From contig JAVJWO010000010.1 of NCBI GenBank assembly GCA_040222015.1, forward strand, positions 14,669 to 78,668: a stretch of 64,000 nt of DNA, in the 5' to 3' direction. The stretch is from Coleofasciculus chthonoplastes F2-STO-03. GTDB taxonomy: Bacteria; Cyanobacteriota; Cyanobacteriia; Cyanobacteriales; Coleofasciculaceae. Position 1 is the stretch's first letter, and each line of letters opens with the position of its first letter. Positions 41,819 to 51,782 of this stretch are shown here, piece by piece. The translations under genes and the position numbers were made by a program. The notes below the pieces were generated by a model. It had not been told where the DNA came from and ran no database searches. It saw nothing but the letters and a program-made list of their open reading frames with translations.

Positions 41819-42529
41819 CTAGACGGGTTGGAGTTGCTGTTGATTCATGAACGCTAATAATCCGTGAAATACTTTGATGCCATCCGTAGAGCCCAACACA
41901 GAATCAGATGCTCGTTCGGGATGAGGCATCATCCCCAATATTTTACCCGTGCGATCGCATATTCCGGCAATGTTGTTCACTGAACCGTTGGGATTGCTGG
42001 TTTCGTCGATTTCACCCCTGGAATTGGCGTAACGAAAGACAATCTGATTTCCATCTTCGAGGGCTTTCAGGGTATCTGTATGGGCGTAGTAGCGTCCTTC
42101 TCCGTGAGCAACGGGCAGTGTGATCATTTCTCCCGTGGCGTAAGCTGAAGTCCAAGGAATGTCAGTGCGTTCTATTTTCAAGGGAACGCGATCGCAAATA
42201 AAATGGAGATCTCGATTCCGGACTAATGCCCCCGGTAATAACCCGGTTTCGGTTAAGACTTGAAAGCCGTTACAGATACCCAGGACAAATTTACCCTGTT
42301 TAGCGTGGGCAATCACATGGGACATAATCGGCGAAAACTGAGCGATCGCGCCGCAGCGCAGGTAGTCGCCATAACTAAAGCCACCGGGTAAGACAACCAC
42401 ATCCAGATCAGAAATATCCGTTTCTTCATGCCAAACCATCCGAGTCGGACAGTTGAGCAAATCCTGGGTGACATAAGCAACATCGCGATCGCAGTTTGAG
42501 CCAGGAAAAACCACAATACCAAATTTCAT
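41819..42529 (-). CDS. purQ: Phosphoribosylformylglycinamidine synthase subunit PurQ
   Basis: [35 protein letters not shown]. Confidence 0.97.
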   Translation of the reverse strand: MKFGIVVFPGSNCDRDVAYVTQDLLNCPTRMVWHEETDISDLDVVVLPGGFSYGDYLRCGAIAQFSPIMSHVIAHAKQGKFVLGICNGFQVLTETGLLPGALVRNRDLHFICDRVPLKIERTDIPWTSAYATGEMITLPVAHGEGRYYAHTDTLKALEDGNQIVFRYANSRGEIDETSNPNGSVNNIAGICDRTGKILGMMPHPERASDSVLGSTDGIKVFHGLLAFMNQQQLQPV

Positions 42530-42807
42530 GTTGATACCCCTAACTGTACCTGTACTTCATCCAAATCAAATCGATAATTTTCAATCACCGGATTCGCCAA
42601 AAGTTGGTCACAGATGCGATCCAGTTGCTCACTGGCTTGGTTTTCATCCGCCGCTGTCAGCATTAACTCAATATACTTGCCGATGCGTACCTGCTTAACA
42701 TTCGCGATGCCGAGTTGCCCAACCCCGGATTCGACTGCCACGCCAGCCGGATCTAGAACAGAAGGTCGCAGTGTAACATAAATTCGAGCCTTATACTGAC
42801 GATTCAC
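42526..42807 (-). CDS. purS: Phosphoribosylformylglycinamidine synthase subunit PurS
   Basis: [27 protein letters not shown] start. Confidence 0.96.
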   Translation of the reverse strand: MNRQYKARIYVTLRPSVLDPAGVAVESGVGQLGIANVKQVRIGKYIELMLTAADENQASEQLDRICDQLLANPVIENYRFDLDEVQVQLGVST

Positions 42808-42840
42808 AAGCACCCCCTAGTGGTTTGAGATTACCTTAAT

Positions 42841-43020
42841 GTGACATCCTCCCACACCAAATCAAAGATTATGGTGTGGGTTTCCAACATCGCTGTTAGA
42901 CATTGCTGCCCTACGCCACTTATCTAGGTCCTATGCCCCCGACAGCCCGACTTGACAGCCAATTTCTTTCCCCCAGAGTCCCTGGGTACTCAGTTGATCA
43001 TAGCCTCGGTTACAGATTTC
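42841..43020 (-). mobile_element. Orphan IS200/IS605 right end (omega-RNA-like), no tnpB
   Basis: Minus strand GAAACCCACACC-ATAATCTTTGATTT-GGTGTGGGAGGATGTCAC: subterminal hairpin then TCAC. Confidence 0.65.
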
Positions 43021-43093
43021 TTGTTAGGTTTAAATTTTGAATTACTAATCCCCAATAGTCCATATCCTTTTTCCTCGATTAACCCCTAAATCT

Positions 43094-43528
43094 ATGAAAG
43101 CCCAACGCACCCGTTCTCAAGAACGAATTTTAAAGTTGCTCAAAACCTTAAATCGTGCTGTCTCTGCCCAGGATATTCATATCGAGTTACGCAAGCGGAA
43201 GCAAGGTATGGGTCTAGCCACAGTTTACCGCTCTCTCGATGCCTTGAAACTTGAAGGAGTGGTACAAATGCGGACTCTAGCGACTGGCGAATCCCTCTAC
43301 AGTTTATTGCAGGATCAACACCATCTCACCTGTCTCAATTGTGGGCGATCAATTCCCATCGAGGAATGTCCTGTCCACAATTTAGAGACCCAGTTACAAG
43401 ATAACCACCACTTTCAAATTTACTATCATACCCTAGAATTTTTTGGGCTCTGTGAGGATTGTCAAATGGTTGAAGCTGATCAAAACCGTCGTTATAGTGT
43501 CAAGGGGATGCAGAGGGGAGAGTTTTGA
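43094..43528 (+). CDS. zur: Fur-family regulator, Zur/FurB type
   Basis: RTRSQERIL, GLATVYRSL, HHLTCLNCG, CPVH, YHTLEFFGLCEDC. Confidence 0.85.
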   Translation: MKAQRTRSQERILKLLKTLNRAVSAQDIHIELRKRKQGMGLATVYRSLDALKLEGVVQMRTLATGESLYSLLQDQHHLTCLNCGRSIPIEECPVHNLETQLQDNHHFQIYYHTLEFFGLCEDCQMVEADQNRRYSVKGMQRGEF

Positions 43529-43714
43529 GTTTTGGCGCGAGGGCATAAGCGCGTGACCCTTCGCCACCCAAAATCCAAGGAAATCTGGTTGGCGTGTAGG
43601 GGCGGGTTTCACTATTATCGTTTATTCTCTCACCTAGATGCGACTAAACCCGCCCCGAAGTAGAGACGAGACGTATCATGCTACGTCTCTACTCCCTCCC
43701 CTTGTCCCCAATCT

Positions 43715-45304
43715 TTACAATGGACGATAAACCCGATAGTTAATTTTGGGGAAGATGTTATCGATTTCCTCGACTTTTTCCAACCAGCCACTGTCGATTT
43801 TACCGATTTTGATATCCTCATACAGCTTATTAAACCGCATCAAGTGCGATCGCGTCCGCCGCACGGCATAGGGTACCATAGTTCCTGTCCGCATAATAAA
43901 CGCCCAGTCCGACGATTGCGCCAGGAGTACCTCTCGCGCCGCCTGGTTTAGCGCTTTCCATTCCAGTTCATCAGCGGGTTCGCGACGCCCTAACTCAATC
44001 ATCCGTTCCGCTGCTTTGTGCAGGTGAGGATAAATCCAAGCATTGGTTTCATTCAGCCAATATTCATGGAATCCCTTATACCCCCAGCTTGACTGAGACG
44101 GCTTACAAACCTGCTGGGTGGGATTATCCTGCAAATAGTCCGCCAGGTGGGTCATGTCATAAGTCCCCTGATCATACCAAGACTTACGGAACAGATAATC
44201 GATAAACCACGGTCCCTCGTACCACCAATGACCAAACAGTTCCGCATCATAAGGGGAAACCACAATCGGCGGACGCTGCATAATTCCCGCCAAATGACCC
44301 ACCTGTTGTTCCCGGTTAAACATAAAGTTAGCCGCATTTTCCGCAGCTTTTTCTCGCGCCCAATAGGGGTCATACAACGCCTTATCCCCTAACCCTAATC
44401 CACGACCTGTGATCCGGTGATATTTAATTCCTGTATTTTTGCGCTGTCCATTGGGCATGATATAGGGCTTAATGTACTCGTATTCGGCTTCCCAGCCTAA
44501 ATCCTTGTAAAATTCCCGATATTCCGGTGAACCTGGATACCCCACTTCCGAAGACCACACCTGCTGAGAGGACTCGTGATCTCGCCCAAATGCAGCTACC
44601 CCTGTCTCCGTATAAATCGGAGCATAAGTGCCAAACCGGGGACGGGGACGGGCATACAAGATCCCGTGACCATCGGTGAGGAAATAGCGTAAGCCCGCAT
44701 CAGCGAGTAACCGTTCTACCCCTTCGTAATAAGCGCATTCGGGTAACCACATCCCTTTCGGGGGACGCCCAAAGGTTTGCTCATAATGCTCACAAGCCAC
44801 CTGAATTTGCGCCCAAACAGCTTGGGGATACATCTTCATCAGCGGAAAATAGCCGTGAGTCGCGCCGCAAGTGATGATTTCCAGGTTATTGCTGTCTAGA
44901 AATTGTTTAAATGCCATAACTAGGTCACCGCTATAGCGATTCCAGGTTTGGCGAATCAGGCTGAACTCGTTAACGTAATGTTCAGCTAGGTAGCGGATAT
45001 GACCATTGTGTTCGTTATGCTCGACTTCCTTTTGAACTAAGTCTTCGAGTAAGGCAAGATGTTTGTCGTAGCGTTCTTGCAACAGAGGATCTTTTAGCAT
45101 CGACACCAAAGGGGGTGTCATGCTCATGGTGATTTTAAAGTCCACCCCATCCCGCTTTAACCCTTCAAAGACATGCAGGAGGGGGACGTAAGTTTCGGTG
45201 ATGGCTTCAAATAGCCATTCTTCTTCCAAAACATAGTCACTTTCTGGATGCCGCACAAAAGGTAGATGGGCATGAAGGACGAGCGCAACGTAGCCGATAG
45301 CCAT
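43715..45304 (-). CDS. Glycoside hydrolase family 57 (branching-enzyme type, DUF1957)
   Basis: HAHLPFV, WLPECAY, YDAELFGHWWYEG, AQSSDWAF. Confidence 0.93.
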   Translation of the reverse strand: MAIGYVALVLHAHLPFVRHPESDYVLEEEWLFEAITETYVPLLHVFEGLKRDGVDFKITMSMTPPLVSMLKDPLLQERYDKHLALLEDLVQKEVEHNEHNGHIRYLAEHYVNEFSLIRQTWNRYSGDLVMAFKQFLDSNNLEIITCGATHGYFPLMKMYPQAVWAQIQVACEHYEQTFGRPPKGMWLPECAYYEGVERLLADAGLRYFLTDGHGILYARPRPRFGTYAPIYTETGVAAFGRDHESSQQVWSSEVGYPGSPEYREFYKDLGWEAEYEYIKPYIMPNGQRKNTGIKYHRITGRGLGLGDKALYDPYWAREKAAENAANFMFNREQQVGHLAGIMQRPPIVVSPYDAELFGHWWYEGPWFIDYLFRKSWYDQGTYDMTHLADYLQDNPTQQVCKPSQSSWGYKGFHEYWLNETNAWIYPHLHKAAERMIELGRREPADELEWKALNQAAREVLLAQSSDWAFIMRTGTMVPYAVRRTRSHLMRFNKLYEDIKIGKIDSGWLEKVEEIDNIFPKINYRVYRPL

Positions 45305-45551
45305 AGTGAATAGAAGTCGTGAATTGTTAGATAACGAAAAGTTTAGGATAGCCTGGGAGGTTTACAGTCATTTAAGATTTTAGGACGAAAGGGACAGCAA
45401 AAGGATAGATAAACCTCACAAACCATTTAGTTTTGCGGAAAATCTAAAATAGAGATTAAATTATAAGGAAGCAAAGACCCCCCAGCCCTAGGCAGTCAAG
45501 TCCCATGTTCTCCTATAATTGCCCCAGTTAAGAGTGCTAACACCCAATTTC

Positions 45552-46742
45552 ATGCAGGTCGCTCATGAGAACTCTCCGGATGGGGAAGCCACCTTACAGC
45601 TTCTGCTGTTTGTCGATGAGCGCCCCAGTTCCCGGAAACATATCCATCGCATCCGCAACTATCTGGAGTCCTTGAAACAGGACTATCCGTTTGAACTGAT
45701 GATTGTGAAGGTGGGAGAACAGCCCTATTTAGCCGAACAGTTTAAAATTGTAGCTACTCCAGCCCTGCTAAAGATTCATCCCCAACCCCGACAAACCCTA
45801 GCGGGAACGAATTTACTCGGACAGTTGCAGAACTGTTGGTCACGCTGGCAACGCTGTATCGAAGACTATAAAGCCGAATTAACCCAGCAGATGATCTTAT
45901 CCGCTAACAGGGATATCTCCAGTGAGAATGGCTCATCCGCCAAACCTTCCATAGCATCTTCCGTCGAAGTGATTCAACTCACTGACGAAATTTTTCGCCT
46001 CAACCAAGAAAACGCAGCACTGCGGGAAAATATCCATTTTAAAGACCAAATCTTGTCCATGTTAGCTCATGACATCCGCAATCCTTTAACCGCCGCATCC
46101 ATTGCCTTAGATACCCTGCAATTAGGTCAAAACACCCCCAGTCAATCCCCTCGTCCTGAATTGACGCCCACTCTAAAAGCCCGGTTATTTGAACAAGCAC
46201 GTATCCAACTCCGTACCATCGATCGCATGATTACGGAAATCCTGCAAGCCGCCAAAGGCAGCAACGCCGACTTTTACGTTAAACCCCGCAAACTGGCTTT
46301 AGGACCCTTGTGTCAAGATATTCTCAATCAAATGCAGGAGTCCTTCCAACTCAAATCCCAGATTGTGGAAACAGACATTCCCCAGGATTTACCCCCTGTC
46401 CATGCCGATAGTGAGTTGGTGCGTCAAGTCATCGTCAATCTGCTAGACAATGCCAACAAATACACCCCAAAAGGGGGTAAAATTCAGGTTTCGATGCTGC
46501 ACCGCACCACCCAAAAAGTTCAAGTCTCGGTCTATGATACAGGTCCGGGTATCCCGGAAGAAAATCGCGATCACATTTTTGAGAATCATTTCCGACTCAA
46601 ACGCGATCAAGGCGAGGACGGGTACGGGATTGGTTTATCCTTGTGTCAACGCATAATTCGCGCCCATTATGGTCGCATCTGGGTCGATTCCTCACCCAAA
46701 GGTGGTGGCTGTTTCCACTTTACCCTACCCATTTATCGGTAA
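45552..46742 (+). CDS. sasA: Clock-associated histidine kinase SasA
   Basis: KaiB-like N-terminus (LLLFVDERP, VATPAL), LAHDIRNPL, LHRTTQKVQVS; ATG 45552 preferred. Confidence 0.92.
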   Translation: MQVAHENSPDGEATLQLLLFVDERPSSRKHIHRIRNYLESLKQDYPFELMIVKVGEQPYLAEQFKIVATPALLKIHPQPRQTLAGTNLLGQLQNCWSRWQRCIEDYKAELTQQMILSANRDISSENGSSAKPSIASSVEVIQLTDEIFRLNQENAALRENIHFKDQILSMLAHDIRNPLTAASIALDTLQLGQNTPSQSPRPELTPTLKARLFEQARIQLRTIDRMITEILQAAKGSNADFYVKPRKLALGPLCQDILNQMQESFQLKSQIVETDIPQDLPPVHADSELVRQVIVNLLDNANKYTPKGGKIQVSMLHRTTQKVQVSVYDTGPGIPEENRDHIFENHFRLKRDQGEDGYGIGLSLCQRIIRAHYGRIWVDSSPKGGGCFHFTLPIYR

Positions 46743-46863
46743 ACGTTAAAGCGATGTAAAGACGTTCCGATGAAATATCTTTTGTAGGGGCGGGTTTTAC
46801 CGTTAACCTTGGGTGTTACCCTGATATAACTAAACCCGCCCCGACCTAACCGTTCAATTATCA

Positions 46864-46919
46864 CAAATGACGAATGACGAATGACGAATGACAAATGACG
46901 AATGACAAATGACAAATGA
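46864..46919 (+). repeat. STRR array (C[A/G]AATGA)x8
   Basis: Eight units; the last contains an ATG in frame with the hisS-like gene. Confidence 0.92.
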
Positions 46920-48487
46920 CCAAAATGCGAAAAACCAAAATTGAACGAGTACGGGGCGTCAACGATGTCTTGCCCGATGATTATGCCATCACTAAACAAC
47001 TTGAGGATACCCTGCGCCAATGCTTCCAATCCTTCGGCTATCGTCCAATTGACGTGCCACTGATTGAATATACAGAACTGTATTTAAGGAAATCCGGTGA
47101 AGAAATCGCCCCCCGTCTCTATGACTTCATCTACCGCAACCGCCGCCTTTGCTTGCGCCCCGAATTTACCGCCTCGGTTGTCCGCGCTTATGTAGACAAC
47201 CTGCAAGGCGTTCCCCAACCCATTCGCCTCTACTATGCGGGTTCAGCCTTCCGCTACGAACGCCCCCAGAAAGAACGCTACCGCCAGTTTAACCAGATGG
47301 GGATTGAACTGATTGGCGCGACAGGGGCGATGGCAGATGCGGAAATTATCGCGATCGCATCCCAAGGGTTAAATCGTTTAGGATTAAGCGGGTATCGAAT
47401 CGTTCTGGGTCATATTGGCGTAATCTCTAAATTTCTGGATAACCTCCAGATCGAAAGTCGCTTGCGTAGCTTCCTGCTAACCAATATGGAAATTTTACGC
47501 AAGGAAGGCAAATCCGCTGTAGAACAGCGTTTGTGTGATATCTATCCCGCCTTTGCCCTCTATACCTCTAACCCCAAACTCAGCCTAGAACAAACGAACT
47601 CTGAAACTGTCCACAGCCAACGGTTGAGTCAACTCTTTCAGGGAATGGCAGAATCCGACGCCCAAACTGCGATTCTGGATCTCCTAGACAGCATGAATAT
47701 TGAATTGGCGGGTAATCGCGACGCCCAGGAAATTGTTGATCGCCTGCTGACCAAAATAAAACGCCAAGATCAAACTGAGAGAGTCAGCAAGGCGCTAGAG
47801 TTTATGAGTCAACTGGGACAACTGGTAGGAGAACCCACGGAAGTCTTAAAAGAAGCCCAAACTCTTCTCTGTTCCCATGGCATCGATGATGCTGGACTTG
47901 AGCAACTGCGTGAGATTATTAAGACATTAGAATTCTACAATCTAAATTCTAGTCAAATTAGCCTGGATTTAGGACTTAGCCGAGGATTGCAATACTATAC
48001 AGGCATGATTTTTGAAATCTATCATGGTGCCGGCAAGCAGGAGCGACAAATCTGCGGCGGTGGTCGATATGATGATTTGGTCGGAACCTTCGGTGGACGC
48101 CAAAATACCCCAGCCACTGGCTTTTCCTACGGGATGGAACGGCTGAGATTAGCCCTAGAAGCCGAGGGCAAAGTTTGGCAAGTGGATCAATTCGTGGATG
48201 TTTGGGTGGTTCCTGTCAGTCAAGATGATGCCGGGTATGCCATTAGTGTTGCTCAAAAAATGCGACATACTGGATTGGCAGTCGCTATGGATCTGAGAGG
48301 AAAAAGTGTTTCCAGTAACTTCCAATACGCCGACAAACAAGGCATTCCCTACACCATTCTCGTGGGTTCAGAGGAACGACAAGCGTCAAAGGTTGTACTG
48401 AAGCAGATGGATTCTGGAGAACAGCAGCAGTTAACCGTAAGCGACGCCGCCAAGTATATTCATGATCGATTAAGCCGGATAACTTGA
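46916..48487 (+). CDS. hisS: Histidine--tRNA ligase-like protein (HisS/HisZ family) with long insertion
   Basis: LRPEFTAS, FRYERPQ..RYRQF, RGLQYYTG, GGGRYD, GMERL and C-terminal anticodon-binding-like domain; start 46916 or 46925. Confidence 0.75.
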   Translation: MTKMRKTKIERVRGVNDVLPDDYAITKQLEDTLRQCFQSFGYRPIDVPLIEYTELYLRKSGEEIAPRLYDFIYRNRRLCLRPEFTASVVRAYVDNLQGVPQPIRLYYAGSAFRYERPQKERYRQFNQMGIELIGATGAMADAEIIAIASQGLNRLGLSGYRIVLGHIGVISKFLDNLQIESRLRSFLLTNMEILRKEGKSAVEQRLCDIYPAFALYTSNPKLSLEQTNSETVHSQRLSQLFQGMAESDAQTAILDLLDSMNIELAGNRDAQEIVDRLLTKIKRQDQTERVSKALEFMSQLGQLVGEPTEVLKEAQTLLCSHGIDDAGLEQLREIIKTLEFYNLNSSQISLDLGLSRGLQYYTGMIFEIYHGAGKQERQICGGGRYDDLVGTFGGRQNTPATGFSYGMERLRLALEAEGKVWQVDQFVDVWVVPVSQDDAGYAISVAQKMRHTGLAVAMDLRGKSVSSNFQYADKQGIPYTILVGSEERQASKVVLKQMDSGEQQQLTVSDAAKYIHDRLSRIT

Positions 48488-48543
48488 CAAATGATGGTGC
48501 TTGCTTTTTTTCAGAAGCGGGTATCACAAATGACCAATGACGA

Positions 48544-49590
48544 ATGACCAATGACAAATCACCAATGACAAATTACCAATCACCCGTTCGCCTCGCTCTC
48601 CCCAGTAAAGGAGCGCTGGAACGCTCGACAAGCAGCCTCCTGTCAGCCTGTGGAATGAGTGTCTTTAGACCCAGCGATCGCCAATATTTCGGCTCGATTC
48701 CTTCACTCCCTCAAATTAATGTACTTTTCCAACGGGCTGCTGATATTTTCACCAAAGTTGAAGAAGGTAGCGTTGACCTAGGAATTACTGGCTATGATGT
48801 CGTCTGTGAAGAAGGCGTGGGTCATGATAATGTCGTGGTTATTCATGACCGTTTGGGTTACGGTAAATGCAAACTGGTATTAGCTGTTCCCGAAAGTTGG
48901 GTCGATGTATCCTCGATTGAAGATTTAGCCGAACTCACCCTTCTATTTAAAGAAAAAGGAAAAAACCTAAGAATTGCCACGAAATATCCCAATCTGACCA
49001 GAGATTGGTTGTATGAAAAGCTCATCGTAAACTTTTCCCTAGTCTCCGTCCAAGGTGCTATGGAAGCCGCGCCCAGTATGGGGTATGCGGACATGATTGC
49101 TGATGTCACCAGTACGGGAACTACCCTACGAGAAAACCGCTTAAAGCGGATTGCTGGTGGCACACTGTTAAAGTCCCAAGCCTGTCTGATTGGCAACAAA
49201 CGATTACTTCAAGAGGATTCGATAAAACTGGACACAACCAAAACGATCTTGGAATTAATTGAGGCAAATCTGAATGCGAAAAAATATGTCTCAATCACGG
49301 CAAATGTTCGGGGTCAATCAGCCGATGAGATTGGCACTTATTTAGTCAATCATAGCGAATTGAGTGGTTTAACCGGCTTACGAGGACCCACGATTGCCAA
49401 GGTTTATTCTAAGGAAGATAAGGATTGGTATGCGGTAACGATTGTCGTTGAGCAAAACATGTTACTGGCGGCGGTTAATCATCTGAGAAAGGCGGGAGGG
49501 AGTGACATGACGATTACGTCACCTGAGTATGTTTTTGGTTCCCAGTCTCAGAATTATCAGGTATTCTTGGAACGATTAAAGGAAGATTAA
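48544..49590 (+). CDS. hisG: ATP phosphoribosyltransferase, long form
   Basis: LALPSKG, DLGITGYD, IATKYPN, DVTSTGTTLRENRL plus C-terminal regulatory domain; start 48544 or 48565. Confidence 0.93.
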   Translation: MTNDKSPMTNYQSPVRLALPSKGALERSTSSLLSACGMSVFRPSDRQYFGSIPSLPQINVLFQRAADIFTKVEEGSVDLGITGYDVVCEEGVGHDNVVVIHDRLGYGKCKLVLAVPESWVDVSSIEDLAELTLLFKEKGKNLRIATKYPNLTRDWLYEKLIVNFSLVSVQGAMEAAPSMGYADMIADVTSTGTTLRENRLKRIAGGTLLKSQACLIGNKRLLQEDSIKLDTTKTILELIEANLNAKKYVSITANVRGQSADEIGTYLVNHSELSGLTGLRGPTIAKVYSKEDKDWYAVTIVVEQNMLLAAVNHLRKAGGSDMTITSPEYVFGSQSQNYQVFLERLKED

Positions 49591-49629
49591 GAGACAGGAG
49601 TATCAACTGATTTTCTTTCCTAATAGATT

Positions 49630-49657
49630 GTAGAGACGTTGCATGCAACGTCTCTAC
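49630..49657. repeat. GTAGAGACGTTGCATGCAACGTCTCTAC palindromic REP-like repeat
   Basis: Perfect palindrome; variants near 5649, 22953, 32133, 34358, 43660, 62748. Confidence 0.85.
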
Positions 49658-49704
49658 GGTTTAAAAGAGGCTAGTCAAACCTAGTAATACCAAGTTGCAG
49701 TCTA

Positions 49705-49824
49705 ATACCAAATCCCGGTTAGCCACCCCTTTATAATCTAGTCCGCGCAGGCGGACGAAAGTTTGTGTAGCTGCGACTTCCAGTCGCCAGGGCAAAAAGG
49801 GGATTTCAAAGGCGGATCTGGTAT
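49705..49824. mobile_element. MITE-like element, sibling of 40296-40435
   Basis: ATACCAAATCC..GGATCTGGTAT ends, shared AGTCCGCGCAGGCGG interior. Confidence 0.75.
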
Positions 49825-49852
49825 CATCAATTCTCTGGTATCAATCCGCGTT

Positions 49853-50935
49853 CTAGGCTTTAGTTTTAGCGCGAATTCTGGCAGGTTCATAGTAAACCGG
49901 AGAGCCTTGATCAGCGACAAAACGACAAGCCCAGTAAGAACGAATAAAACTCGTCAAAATCGGTTTATTTGAACAGCGATAATACTCGCCTAACACGGGC
50001 TTAATTGCCTCAGTTGCCGTCTTCAAGTGATAGTGGGGCATATTCAAGAAAATATGATGCGCCACATGAGTCCCGATATCATGATGAATGGGATTAATAA
50101 AGCCGTAATCCCGATCAATCGTTGATAATGCCCCTTTCAGGAAATACCAATCATCTCCCCGATACCAGGGAATATCAGGTTCAGTATGATGCAAGAACGT
50201 GACCAAATCTAGCCACATTACAAACACGACATAAGGAACCAGGTAATACTTCACCAGAAATAGCCAACCGAACTGAAATGTCAGTCCACCTAAAAAGGCA
50301 ACCATTAGCACCCAGAGGGTAGAACTGGTGACAACATCCCATTTTTCCGAGGGACGGAATAACGGACTATTGGGCATAAAATGGGAACCATCGCGATCAG
50401 AGGATCGCTTAAATAGATAGAGGGGATAAGCTAGCAATGGTAAATTAAAGCGGAATAGCTTTTCATACCATGGCATCTGCTCATACTTACTCTGAGATAC
50501 CGGATACCAGCTTTCATCGGTTTCCAGGCTACCCGTATTAGCATGATGGGTTCTGTGACTGATTCGCCACCCGTGGAAGGGCACCAGAATGGGAGTGTGA
50601 GACAGATGTCCAATCAGGTTATTCAGCCATTTAATCTTAGAGAAAGAGCCATGACCGCAGTCATGACCCACCACAAACAACGCCCAAAACATGGTTCCTT
50701 GGAGTAACCAGAAGATGGGGAAAAAGAACCAGGAATCTAGTTTATAGGCGATGGCATAAAATCCAGCGATTATGCCAATGTCTAGAAAGAAATAACTAAG
50801 AGACTTCCAGACAGAAGGTTCAAAACAATAGGCAGGAATTGCCGTTTTCAAGTCTTGAAGAGTAAAGGGTAACTCTTCTTTCCGAATGGATGGGGCTGTA
50901 ATTGTTGTCGGCTTGAGAACTGTGTTTGATTGCAC
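49853..50935 (-). CDS. desB: Omega-3 fatty acid desaturase
   Basis: HDCGH, HRTHH, HVAHH boxes; WALFVVG, DESWYP, STIDRDYG. Confidence 0.93.
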   Translation of the reverse strand: MQSNTVLKPTTITAPSIRKEELPFTLQDLKTAIPAYCFEPSVWKSLSYFFLDIGIIAGFYAIAYKLDSWFFFPIFWLLQGTMFWALFVVGHDCGHGSFSKIKWLNNLIGHLSHTPILVPFHGWRISHRTHHANTGSLETDESWYPVSQSKYEQMPWYEKLFRFNLPLLAYPLYLFKRSSDRDGSHFMPNSPLFRPSEKWDVVTSSTLWVLMVAFLGGLTFQFGWLFLVKYYLVPYVVFVMWLDLVTFLHHTEPDIPWYRGDDWYFLKGALSTIDRDYGFINPIHHDIGTHVAHHIFLNMPHYHLKTATEAIKPVLGEYYRCSNKPILTSFIRSYWACRFVADQGSPVYYEPARIRAKTKA

Positions 50936-51458
50936 GAAACTTCTAATTTAATTGAAAAACCTACATTTAATCAACTACCTGCCACACATAATATGCCAGG
51001 TAAACCGGGTAAATATAGGCTTGAATTACACAAGCTTGATTGTAACCTTTTATGACCTTAGTTGTTCAAATAAATCTAAAATTAGTGGATCAGTTGTTTG
51101 TCAGTCAATAACTACGCGATCGCGCAAGCGGCTCATCCCATTAGCACCAAAATAGCATTTATGCCAGATGTTGCCTTTGATCCCCATAGCGATATCTTAT
51201 AGTATCAGTCAGTGCAAAACATAGTTGACACAATACTATAAATATGTATTCAGTAGTCAATCAGACGTAGCTCTAACACTATAACTAGATGTGTTGGTTT
51301 AAGCAACCTCAACCCAACTAAGCCAGCTTAGAAGCTAGGTTTTCCTCAAATCCAACCAATCGCCACACACATAAGGAAAATCTATCATCTTATGTACGAG
51401 AGAGTCAGCCTAGCGGATATCGTTGAGAATTGCAGGTTAAACGACATTGGAATCAAGG

Positions 51459-51619
51459 GATTGAAAAGCTTGAGGCAAAATGTGCGATCGCTCATCGCTG
51501 TAGGTTGGGTTGAGGAACGAAACCCAACATCTCATGATTTACAACCAACACAACTCTATAGCCGTAACTCAGACTATTCAGGAGCGCTTGCTATTCCTTC
51601 ATGCTCGTGCGATCGCGCC
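51459..51619 (+). repeat. Direct repeat, left copy flanking KAP gene
   Basis: Colinear with 53660-53842. Confidence 0.9.
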
Positions 51620-51782
51620 TAACTCTATTTCAATTAAATCCCCCTACTTTTTGAATATCCGTCGTAAAATAGTAGACAAAACCCATGGATAGCGAACCCT
51701 TTATCCCAGAGATTTTGGATCGCTTCCAGCAAGCACGCGAGACTCAAACAGGAAACGCTATTTGATATAAGGAACAAGAACT

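Noticed and set aside
51392..51692. Short ORFs before the KAP gene
   Set aside because: They run through the direct repeat/REP sequence and have no recognisable motifs
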